Shown here one piece after another: positions 1 to 7,328 of a stretch of DNA of 32,000 nucleotides. The notes under the pieces were generated by a model. It did no database searches. It saw nothing but the letters and a program-made list of their open reading frames with translations, and was not told the DNA's origin. Position 1 is the stretch's first letter. Every line of letters starts with the position of its first letter. The position numbers and the translations under genes are program-made. The DNA comes from Nitrososphaerota archaeon (lineage in GTDB: Archaea; Thermoproteota; Nitrososphaeria; Nitrososphaerales; Nitrosopumilaceae). The stretch lies in the NCBI GenBank assembly GCA_013288545.1, contig JABDBR010000005.1, positions 1 through 32,000 of the forward strand, written 5' to 3'.

Positions 1-1
1 T

Positions 2-766
2 AACGCACCACAAGACAAACAGTTCGTTGAGTTGTTTAACCGACATGTTTGGTTAGTTCCAAGTTTTGGAGACGGTGATGGAACAGTCCCAATATGGTCA
101 TCACAGATTTCAGGTGCAACACAAACATACTATATTCAATACAAGTCAGAGGCATCTTCAGAACATGGAAAACTGACAGACAATCCTGACGTTCAAAAAA
201 TCGTTGGAAGTATTCTCAGCGGCAGCCCCGCAGATTCATCATCATATAGTAATCAGGGCCAAACTAAAACCGATTGGACAACTTTTAGCCTTCATTCAAA
301 TGCACATCTAACTATACTGGATGAAAAAAGTGGAAAAACTCTGGGTTTTAACAATCAAGGCGAAATAGACGAAGACATTGATACTGGAGCATTTCTTGCA
401 ATGGACGGAGGAGAATATGCATCAATTAATGACGTATCAGACACGTACAAAGTTTTGGTAAATGGAACAGGCGATGGAAAGTTTACTTTGATTGCAAATG
501 TAACTAGGTCAGGTCAATCAACAGTATTCTCTTATCAAGATGTTCCAGTTCAACAAGGAACCATAGCACAGGTTGAGCTAAGTCCTAATCAAATGTCTTC
601 TTCCAACATGCCAACCCTGCAGGTAAATAGCGGCGGACAAACAACAAGTGTTTCTCCAACACCTGGAGCAAATCTCAGTATTGTTCCCGAGTTTCCAATC
701 TCATTATTTGTCTTGGTCATTGCATTAACTACAATGGTATTTTTTTCAAAGGTTAAAGTCCTGTAA
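2..766 (+). CDS. C-terminal part of a secreted alpha/beta-hydrolase-like (lipase/LCAT-type) protein with PEF-type C-terminal sorting signal; 5' end outside window
   Basis: Frame 2 is open from the window edge (NAPQDKQFVEL precedes the track's TTG at 32). GDGDGTVP resembles the catalytic-Asp region of LCAT/PGAP1-type hydrolases. A Ser/Thr/Gln-rich linker precedes VPEFPISLFVLVIALTTMVFFSKVKVL (PEF motif + TM helix + basic tail). Confidence 0.5.
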   Translation, partial: NAPQDKQFVELFNRHVWLVPSFGDGDGTVPIWSSQISGATQTYYIQYKSEASSEHGKLTDNPDVQKIVGSILSGSPADSSSYSNQGQTKTDWTTFSLHSNAHLTILDEKSGKTLGFNNQGEIDEDIDTGAFLAMDGGEYASINDVSDTYKVLVNGTGDGKFTLIANVTRSGQSTVFSYQDVPVQQGTIAQVELSPNQMSSSNMPTLQVNSGGQTTSVSPTPGANLSIVPEFPISLFVLVIALTTMVFFSKVKVL

Positions 767-902
767 AAATTACTAACGACTTTTTGTTATCAGTTCTTCA
801 AATTCTTCTGATGTCATGATTTGTTGCGACTTTGCCAAAAGACAAGACAGTAGTTGAGAAAAACCGGGGCGGAAAGCGATCTGTTTGAACTCACTGTAGG
901 AG

Positions 903-974
903 TGGACTGGAGGGGATTTGAACCCCTGACCCCTCGCGTGCAAGGCGAGTATTCTACCGCTGAACTACCAGCCC
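903..974 (-). tRNA. tRNA-Ala (anticodon UGC)
   Basis: Minus-strand read GGGCTGG TA GTTC AGCGGTA GAAT A CTCGC CTTGCAC GCGAG GGGTC AGGGG TTCAAAT CCCCT CCAGTCC A gives a full cloverleaf. Loop CT-TGC-AC and the G3:U70 alanine identity pair are present. No encoded CCA. Confidence 0.93.
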
Positions 975-1043
975 ATTACAGAAATTGAAAACCGCATAGA
1001 TTTTAATTGTTGCCTTTAGGCGACAAAGATTTTATTGGTATAA

Positions 1044-1619
1044 TTGTGTGAGGTATTTGTGGTATTACTAAAATCAGAAGTTGTCCTAAAAGCAGGAGAC
1101 AAGGCTCCAGACTTTAATCTATTAGGAATTGACGATGAGAAACATTCTCTTTCTGAATACAAAGACTATAAAGCAAAATTGATAATTTTCATGTGTAATC
1201 ACTGTCCATATGTACAGGCCAAAGTAGATGCAATGAATGAGATCTATGAAAAATTCAAGGGAAAAATTGCAATGATAGGAATAAACAGTAATGATGCAAC
1301 AAAATATCCAGATGACAGTTTTGACAGTATGAAGATATTTGCAAAAGAGAAAGGTCTAGAATTTACTTATTTGGTAGATGAAACGCAGGAAATTGCAAAA
1401 AAGTATGGTGCAGTATGTACTCCAGATCCATTTCTGTTTGACAGAGAAGGAAGACTAGTCTTCCACGGAAGAATTGACAATGCAATGAAACCAGAAGACA
1501 AACCAACCGAGAAGACAATGATACTAAACATAGAAAAGATTCTTTCTGAAAAGAAGATAGAGAAAGATTTTGACCCATCCATGGGTTGTTCTATCAAGTG
1601 GAAAAGCCAGCAGACTTAA
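1044..1619 (+). CDS. thioredoxin-fold thiol-disulfide oxidoreductase (AhpC/TSA/redoxin family)
   Basis: LKAGDKAPDFNL ... LIIFMCNHCPYV (CxxC in redoxin context) ... CTPDPFLFD are typical of the family. The TTG at 1044 is probably too far upstream. In-frame GTG at 1059 lies about 20 nt after the TATA-like GATTTTATTGG (1028-1038). Confidence 0.75.
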   Translation: MCEVFVVLLKSEVVLKAGDKAPDFNLLGIDDEKHSLSEYKDYKAKLIIFMCNHCPYVQAKVDAMNEIYEKFKGKIAMIGINSNDATKYPDDSFDSMKIFAKEKGLEFTYLVDETQEIAKKYGAVCTPDPFLFDREGRLVFHGRIDNAMKPEDKPTEKTMILNIEKILSEKKIEKDFDPSMGCSIKWKSQQT

Positions 1620-1644
1620 ATGACAGTCGGGTAAAAAAAAATTT

Positions 1645-1732
1645 GGGCCGATAGCTCAGCTTGGCTGGAGCGTTCGACTGATAAAATTATTCAGATATCG
1701 AAAGGTCGTGGGTTCAAATCCCATTCGGCCCA
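1645..1732 (+). tRNA. tRNA-Ile (anticodon GAU) with a 13-nt canonical intron (about 1684-1696)
   Basis: GGGCCGA TA GCTC AGCTTGGCTG GAGC G TTCGA CTGATA[aaattattcagat]A TCGAA AGGTC GTGGG TTCAAAT CCCAT TCGGCCC A. Length is 88 nt, or 75 nt after removing 13 nt 3' of position 37. Confidence 0.88.
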
Positions 1733-1843
1733 TTTGTTTTCAATTTAGTATAATAGATTTCCATAAATAGGAATAACTTGTTACACTTTTGTTGTCAAGA
1801 TTTAAGCTACCAGCATATCTTTCAGGCATGGAAGGAAGATAGC

Positions 1844-2194
1844 ATGGATAAAGACGAACTGTGTAAACAAGTTTTAGAGATAGATTCACGAATAAGATTT
1901 GCAGGTCTTATCAACGAAAATGGAAGACTGGTGGCAGGAGGAATGAAACCTGGATTCAAATCTTTGGAAGACTCGAGAGATGATGAAATGTTATACATGG
2001 AGCTAGTTTTGAGAGCAAAGATGCGAAAGGAGTTTGACAAGGTGTTGGGCCCAGTAAAATTTGCCATGTCATATAGAGACATGTTGATCATAATGAGTTT
2101 CCCAGTAAATGAGAACATACTTTTAATTTCAGTTGAAAAGGACATTGATTTTTCCAAGCTCCCCTTTAAGATTTTAGAAATAATCAATCATTGA
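1844..2194 (+). CDS. hypothetical protein (possibly Roadblock/LC7-like fold)
   Basis: ORF in track is 1778..2194. The first ATG (MDKDELCKQV...) is at 1844 and the upstream part is Cys-rich and unlikely to be coding. RFAGLINENGRLVAGG recalls Roadblock/MglB-type small domains, judged by eye only. Confidence 0.5.
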   Translation: MDKDELCKQVLEIDSRIRFAGLINENGRLVAGGMKPGFKSLEDSRDDEMLYMELVLRAKMRKEFDKVLGPVKFAMSYRDMLIIMSFPVNENILLISVEKDIDFSKLPFKILEIINH

Positions 2195-3087
2195 TTTTGG
2201 TAACTTTCAAACACAGTCTGACACCACTGTAACAAGGCTTCCACATCACCTGATACAAAGTCTACACCAGTCTTGGTTTTTTTTGCAATTTTTGTACATA
2301 GAGCAAGATGAAGATTCTTTCCAAATTTTTCCGTACTTGTATCAACTGCTTGTGAAAAGAATTTGATTTCACCTTCTTTTGAGGAAAATATTATGACAAT
2401 CATTACACCATCACGTTTTGGCCATATCTTGTTTAGAAATCTCTGCAAGTCAATGTCAAACATCACATCTATTGCAGAAGACATGTCACCAAGTAGAGAA
2501 ACCCTCCATTTCTCTGTACGAAGTGCGGCAGAAGCAGCTTGTGCAAGAAGTGCATTTTGATAATCAGTGGCCAAAATAACAGCATTCTTTTTTGGGTGTA
2601 TTTCTTCTTCTAAAAGACCAATCAAGGAGATTGAAGTTGAAATTATCTCATCGAGAAAGTTTTTCTCAGATCTTCCCATTTTCCCGCCATTATAGGAATT
2701 TTCAACTGCCTCAATTGTTGGAATTATCACCTCACTTACTATCTTTGCAGGAGCGGCTCCAGAATGAAGTGCAGTTCTAATGAGAGTATGTGCCTCATGG
2801 GTTAACCCAGATAAGACATATTCTAGATACTTGTTTTGAACTTGAAAAAAGTCTGCCGGAAAACTGAGCTTGTCGACACCTTCTTCAATGAACCACAAAT
2901 TTACACTGCCCATGTTTTTTTGTTTTATCAGACCCTCTCCAGCAAAAATTTTGAGGTATTTGGACACGGTCACACGGTTAATTCGCAGTTTTTCAGCAAT
3001 TTCAACTCCAGTCAATCCGGTTTTTGATGGACCAAGGATATCAATCAGTTTTTCACGTATTTTATCTGAACTATACTCTCGTACCAC
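2188..3087 (-). CDS. transcriptional regulator: N-terminal winged HTH + C-terminal B12-binding-like (helical bundle + Rossmann) module with degenerate cofactor motifs
   Basis: N-terminus LTGVEIAEKLRINRVTVSKYLKIFAGEGLI is a wHTH. AVILATDYQNALLAQ...WRVSLLGDMSS follows the B12-binding pattern (vvlAt..gDxHxxG), but His is Gln. The upstream bundle has Y..E-K where CarH-type proteins have W..E-H. Start is GTG, with a TATA-like GCTATATA about 21 nt upstream. Confidence 0.6.
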   Translation of the reverse strand: MVREYSSDKIREKLIDILGPSKTGLTGVEIAEKLRINRVTVSKYLKIFAGEGLIKQKNMGSVNLWFIEEGVDKLSFPADFFQVQNKYLEYVLSGLTHEAHTLIRTALHSGAAPAKIVSEVIIPTIEAVENSYNGGKMGRSEKNFLDEIISTSISLIGLLEEEIHPKKNAVILATDYQNALLAQAASAALRTEKWRVSLLGDMSSAIDVMFDIDLQRFLNKIWPKRDGVMIVIIFSSKEGEIKFFSQAVDTSTEKFGKNLHLALCTKIAKKTKTGVDFVSGDVEALLQWCQTVFESYQNQ

Positions 3088-3126
3088 AAACGTTGTTTAG
3101 TTTTCTGGTATATAGCATTAATAAAA

Positions 3127-3157
3127 TCAACAAGGACCAGGATGAGGTCCTTGTTGA
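3127..3157. promoter_or_regulatory. perfect 12-bp inverted repeat TCAACAAGGACC-N7-GGTCCTTGTTGA just upstream of the regulator promoter (candidate operator)
   Basis: Arms 3127-3138 and 3146-3157 pair without mismatch, with loop AGGATGA. The repeat lies 40-70 nt upstream of the GTG start at 3087, directly distal to the TATA-like box at about 3107-3116. Confidence 0.5.
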
Positions 3158-3486
3158 CCGGTACTTTGGTATGGTCTGGTTGGTCCAAGTTATGTGAGCG
3201 AGGTATGCAGTATACTACTAGCGCACTATCAGTACAATAACTAAAAAAGTAAATAAGAAAAACGCAGCATTGATACTAAATACTTAAAAGATTGATGAAG
3301 AATTTTTCAGATCTCAAGTCTGGGATTTGATCAAACTAAAAGATCAAAAGACATGTCCAAAGTTTTTCAATGTAACAATGAACCTCATTTTCAGAATACA
3401 AGTTTCATCCAATCTTTTATCACTCAACTAGTTGACATGAAGCTAACCTTTAGTTGGAATATTTATAGCCAAAAGTGTTAAATATT

Positions 3487-3502
3487 CGTACTTTAAAGTA
3501 CG
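3487..3502. promoter_or_regulatory. perfect 16-bp palindrome CGTACTTTAAAGTACG between TATA-like box and start of the RHH-like gene (candidate operator)
   Basis: CGTACTTT/AAAGTACG is self-complementary. It sits 16-31 nt upstream of ATG 3518, right after GTTAAATATT (3477-3486). The half-site GTACTTT recurs at 3161-3167. Confidence 0.45.
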
Positions 3503-3517
3503 GTATAGGTAAGTAAT

Positions 3518-3904
3518 ATGCCAAAAGCAGGTTTCAAATCAATAACAATTTCAGAGGAAGTGTACAACAGATTCCATGACACCTACAAGAAGAGCAAGCA
3601 TGAACTTGCAATGAAGGGAGTCAATAGTTTTGCAGGATACATAACATTCATGATGGAAGATCTCATGCAAAAGGATGACACCTTTGCAAGATATGCACCA
3701 AAACTTGAAAAGATATCTGTCGATGATGATAGAGTTGTAATAAAAGATAACATCAAAAATAGAATAGCAGAAGTTGCTGTTCAGAATAATGAGCTTTACT
3801 GTTTGTTATGTGAGGAAAAAAATTGTGTCCATGTTGGATTTGTATTTTCTCTTCCAGAGATTTACGAAGTTCTAAATGCTAGAGGAATAAAGCACCAAAG
3901 ATAA
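3518..3904 (+). CDS. small putative DNA-binding protein (ribbon-helix-helix-like N-terminus, C-terminal Cys/His cluster)
   Basis: KSITISEEVYNRFHDTYKKSK fits an RHH beta-strand/helix start. The C-terminal part has CLLCEEKNCVH (C-x2-C-x4-C-x-H). The ORF is clean and has an upstream TATA. Confidence 0.5.
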   Translation: MPKAGFKSITISEEVYNRFHDTYKKSKHELAMKGVNSFAGYITFMMEDLMQKDDTFARYAPKLEKISVDDDRVVIKDNIKNRIAEVAVQNNELYCLLCEEKNCVHVGFVFSLPEIYEVLNARGIKHQR

Positions 3905-3910
3905 AAAAGG

Positions 3911-4032
3911 TGCAGGAGGTGGGATTTGAACCCACGAACCCCTAAGAGACGGGATCACCCATTAGTATGATCTTAAGTCCCGCGCGTCCAAAGGCCATTA
4001 AACCTTCTTTGGCCAGGCTCGGCGACTCCTGC
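3911..4032 (-). tRNA. tRNA-Leu (anticodon UAA), class II, with two introns (canonical 16 nt at 3956-3971; D-arm 21 nt at 3986-4006)
   Basis: Minus-strand read GCAGGAG TC GCCG AGCCTGGCCAAAG[aaggtttaatggcctttggac]GC G CGGGA CTTAAG[atcatactaatgggtg]A TCCCG TCTCTTAGGGGTTC GTGGG TTCAAAT CCCAC CTCCTGC A. Length is 122 nt. Removing 16 + 21 nt leaves an 85-nt class II tRNA with D stem GCCG/AGGC. Confidence 0.8.
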
Positions 4033-4130
4033 GTTTTATTAGCGAGATGTTGGAGAAATTAAACGTTTTATGAAAAAAATTTCTAGAACCAAGTAAGATT
4101 AATAAGGATTCAGAAGAGCGAGCTTGTCAT

Positions 4131-4204
4131 GCTTCGATAGCTCAGCCTGGTAGAGCGTTACCTTGGTAAGGTAAAGGTCGCGGGATCGAATCCCGTTCGA
4201 AGCT
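4131..4204 (+). tRNA. tRNA-Thr (anticodon GGU)
   Basis: GCTTCGA TA GCTC AGCCTGGTA GAGC G TTACC TTGGTAA GGTAA AGGTC GCGGG ATCGAAT CCCGT TCGAAGC T gives a complete 74-nt cloverleaf. The T-loop starts with A instead of U54. Confidence 0.9.
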
Positions 4205-4221
4205 TAATGTTTTCTAAGATA

Positions 4222-5550
4222 CTATTTAGGAATTGAGAAATAAAATGCAGTGCCTTCCCCTTCTTTGCTTTCAAACCAAATTTTTCCACCCAGATTTTCA
4301 ATGATTCCCTTACAAATTACCAACCCAAATCCACTTCCCCCGTATTTTCTCTTAAAAGAGATGTCCACCTGATAGAACTTTTTGAAGACAGAGTCTTTTC
4401 TTTTTTCCAAGATGCCAATACCATTATCTTTTACAGAAAACAAGATAGAATCTCCCTCTTCCTTGGCTATAATCTCAATTTTTCCCCCAGTTGTAGGCAC
4501 GAAATCAACTGCGTTTTGTATCAAATTGTAAAAAACATCGTTGAGCCTAGTTTTGTCACTAGTTATTGATTTTTTTGTACTAGTCAAGTTTACAAACTCT
4601 ATCTTCTTGTCTCCCATCATGAACATGCATGATCCCACCACCTCATTCATGAGACTGTCAACATTGAATTTTTCCTTCTTGAATTCCATTGTATTGCTGT
4701 TGAGTTTTTGCACATCAATGATGTCACGCATTAATTGTTCCAATTTTGCTGCATTGTCATAGATTTCATTTACTGCCTCAGATTGTTTTTCAGTCAAACT
4801 TCCAAGTGAATTATCACTTAGAGTTTTGGCATATTTTTTTATTGGCGCTATAGGGATTTGGCATTCTTTTGCAACCATCATGTAAAATTCTTCCTTTGTG
4901 GCATCCATCTTTTTTAGTTCTTCAAGCTGTATCCTTTGTCTTTCATGATCTCCCAAGACACTGTGTGCTTTGTAAATTTCAGACATGTCCCGTATTGCAG
5001 TGTTGCTTCCGATTAATTTGCCCTTGTCATCGTAGATATTGTTTGCACTGATTAATCCAGGAAAAACTGTTCCATCTTTTCTTTTGAACCATATCTCGAT
5101 ATCCTCTACTCTGCCCGATTTTTTCCATATTTCAAAGGTTTTGTGCATATTATCTATACTTCTTTCCGCAGTATGATCAAACAAAGACTTGCCAAGAACA
5201 TCTTCTTTTGAATAACCAAAATTTTTGACATATGCTTGATTACATTCCAATATTATTCCATTAGTGTTTACTGTTCTTTGTAGAACAGGCGAGTTTTCAT
5301 AGATATTTCTATATTTTATTGGATCAGTTTTGGATTCAGTTCTTTGTGATTCTACCACATACTTTGGGGGTGAAATAGAATTTTGTTTTCTATTGCTCAA
5401 CCATACAATAATGCCTCCACTTGCAGCACAAACTACTCCAAGAAAAAACACTTGGCTTGAGAAAGGTTCATGCACATCTAATCCATAGACAGCAATTAAA
5501 AGTCCAAAAATGCCTATCATCAGCCCCCCAATAGGACTAAAATTAGTCAT
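4222..5550 (-). CDS. membrane-anchored PAS sensor histidine-kinase-like protein (2 TM + PAS + DHp-like + HATPase_c) lacking the H-box histidine
   Basis: Two N-terminal hydrophobic helices are followed by a PAS-like region (NSPVLQRTVNTNGIILECNQAYVKNFGYSKEDVLGKSLFD). The ATPase boxes are N (YNLIQNAVDF), G1 (VKDNGIGI), F (FKKFYQ) and G2 (GGSGFGL). The H-box reads FYMMVAKECQIPIAPI versus the consensus F...vSHELRTPL. Confidence 0.8.
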   Translation of the reverse strand: MTNFSPIGGLMIGIFGLLIAVYGLDVHEPFSSQVFFLGVVCAASGGIIVWLSNRKQNSISPPKYVVESQRTESKTDPIKYRNIYENSPVLQRTVNTNGIILECNQAYVKNFGYSKEDVLGKSLFDHTAERSIDNMHKTFEIWKKSGRVEDIEIWFKRKDGTVFPGLISANNIYDDKGKLIGSNTAIRDMSEIYKAHSVLGDHERQRIQLEELKKMDATKEEFYMMVAKECQIPIAPIKKYAKTLSDNSLGSLTEKQSEAVNEIYDNAAKLEQLMRDIIDVQKLNSNTMEFKKEKFNVDSLMNEVVGSCMFMMGDKKIEFVNLTSTKKSITSDKTRLNDVFYNLIQNAVDFVPTTGGKIEIIAKEEGDSILFSVKDNGIGILEKRKDSVFKKFYQVDISFKRKYGGSGFGLVICKGIIENLGGKIWFESKEGEGTAFYFSIPK

Positions 5551-5720
5551 GCTCCAGAATTTCCTCCATTTGGTTTTCCTATAGAACAGATCATTCTAGG
5601 AATTACAAGCAAAGAGTTTGAATCAATTATTGATTTTGTATATTGTATGAGAGTGTACTGTGAAACTAACAGATTAACTTTTCATGTGTTAGGTTTTCAA
5701 GATAAATTAGAAAAAGACGT

Positions 5721-6275
5721 CTAGTCTATTTCCAACAGAGAAATTATCATATCAAGTAACTCCTGGATTCTTTTCTTTATTCCTTCAAGAACCTGCTTGA
5801 TTTCATTTCCTGAGATCCTTGCTTCATGAATTTGCAAACTTTTAGAGACTTGATCCATGCCATGCTCTGTAATGAATTTGTTGAATTTATCTAGAAACTT
5901 GCTTTCAACAAGTATCTGACTTGCAGTCTCCAGATCCCGGACTGGCTGATATACAGTAGACTTGCCAAATAGGTCCATCATGTCATGAGGTAGACTGATC
6001 ATGTTACCATAAAGATCGTAAAACTTCCAAGCAGTCTTTCTGTATGGTGGGAGGTTTTGATAGAGTTCATCCCTTGTTTTGTATCGTACCAAATAGCCAT
6101 TAATCTCAAGGTCAAGCCATGCATTTCCATCAGATATTCCAATCATTTTGCAGGCATCCTTGCAGGTTTCCAATATGTCATGCAATGATCTTGTCTCTTC
6201 CAAGAGTTCAACACTTACATTTTTGGCCATTTGTAGAATTTTTCCTTTCTCACTTGAATTCAATACAATCAGCAT
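5721..6275 (-). CDS. AbiTii-like domain protein (putative abortive-infection/defence-associated)
   Basis: LHDILETCKDACKMIG...NAWLDLEINGY...LPPYRK matches my recollection of the AbiTii domain core (W..EL.GY......P.YR). This was not computed. TATA-like ATAAGATA lies about 23 nt upstream of ATG 6275. An alternative ATG is at 6230. Confidence 0.5.
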   Translation of the reverse strand: MLIVLNSSEKGKILQMAKNVSVELLEETRSLHDILETCKDACKMIGISDGNAWLDLEINGYLVRYKTRDELYQNLPPYRKTAWKFYDLYGNMISLPHDMMDLFGKSTVYQPVRDLETASQILVESKFLDKFNKFITEHGMDQVSKSLQIHEARISGNEIKQVLEGIKKRIQELLDMIISLLEID

Positions 6276-6330
6276 TGAAAGTATCTTTGATTTTACTCTA
6301 TCTTATTGAGATTGTGGTGTTTTCTGTATT

Positions 6331-7197
6331 CTAGTAGTTTTTAATCAGCAGTTCAGTGTGTCCAGTTCTCTTTTGTGATACAGAATTGATGAATCTATTT
6401 GCGTTTATCTCAATTATTCCATCTGAAAACTCTTTGAAGAGTTCAACTATTTCACCAGATTTAGAATTTGACAGTAATACCTTGACGCCTTTTTTATCAA
6501 GTGCTTTGAACTTGGCATAGAGCCTTTCTTGGTCATTAAAATCAAAATCACTATCAGTATAACTTGTAAAGCTAGCAGTTGAGCTAACTGGCTGATATGG
6601 AGGATCCAAGTAAACAAAATCTCCATGTCCAACACCTTTTAGAGCATCTTCAAAATCCTGGCATTTTATCGAGATGTCTTTTGATTGCAACACCTTACTT
6701 ACTTCAAAGAGATTTTCCTTGTTTACAATGTTTGGGTTTACATATCTTCCAACAGGGACATTGAATTTTCCTTTGCTGTTTACACGGTATAATCCATTAA
6801 AGCATGTCTTATTGAGAAAGATCAATCTTGAAACTTTATCAATTTCATTTTTAGGATTAGTTTCTCGTATCTTGTAATAGTAAGTATCATGGTTTTTGGA
6901 ATAGTTTTCAGCATGGTTTTCAAGCGATGAAACAAGTTCCTTTACGTTATCTCTAATTGTGACATATGACAATACCAGATCAGAATTAAGGTCAGAGATA
7001 TGCCATCTTGTTTTTCTTTCTTTAGATACAAGAGAGAAAAATACCGCACCGCCACCTAGAAACGGTTCAAAATATCTTTCAAATTTACTAGGAATGTGAT
7101 TTGTAATTACAGGTAAGAGTTGTCTTTTACCTCCCGCCCATTTTACAAACGGTTTTGGTGCAACAGAAATTAATTGGTATTCTTGTTTCAATACCAA
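6331..7197 (-). CDS. dam: DNA adenine methyltransferase (Dam/alpha-class N6-MTase)
   Basis: PFVKWAGGKRQLLP is a Dam N-terminal signature. FEPFLGGGAVFF is the FxGxG SAM motif. FVYLDPPYQP is the DPPY catalytic motif. There is no in-frame ATG near the N-terminus, so the start is TTG at 7197. Confidence 0.9.
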   Translation of the reverse strand: MVLKQEYQLISVAPKPFVKWAGGKRQLLPVITNHIPSKFERYFEPFLGGGAVFFSLVSKERKTRWHISDLNSDLVLSYVTIRDNVKELVSSLENHAENYSKNHDTYYYKIRETNPKNEIDKVSRLIFLNKTCFNGLYRVNSKGKFNVPVGRYVNPNIVNKENLFEVSKVLQSKDISIKCQDFEDALKGVGHGDFVYLDPPYQPVSSTASFTSYTDSDFDFNDQERLYAKFKALDKKGVKVLLSNSKSGEIVELFKEFSDGIIEINANRFINSVSQKRTGHTELLIKNY

Positions 7198-7298
7198 CTA
7201 CTTGGGAAATTATATTTCCTTTAATTAGATAACAAAAGATCACACCTTGTGTAACTTTTTTTAATCTAAAATGAAGCTCAAGATAGCTTACTAGTACT

Positions 7299-7318
7299 CA
7301 AATAATAAAAGTAAAAGG
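7299..7318 (-). terminator. oligo-T tract downstream of amoA (candidate archaeal terminator)
   Basis: The minus strand reads CCTTTTACTTTTATTATTT starting 11 nt after the amoA stop (7329-7331). Confidence 0.3.
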
Positions 7319-7328
7319 AGAAGGGGAT

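Noticed and set aside
3142-3240. 32-codon ORF (MRSLLTGTLVWSGWSKLCERGMQYTTSALSVQ) in the 430-bp intergenic region.
   Set aside because: It starts inside the hairpin loop, has no promoter spacing or motif support, and its composition looks random.
5721-7197. Dam methylase + neighbour as a classical type II restriction-modification system.
   Set aside because: The 184-aa neighbour shows no PD-(D/E)xK, HNH or GIY-YIG nuclease motif by eye. It resembles an AbiTii domain instead, so an R-M call is unsupported.
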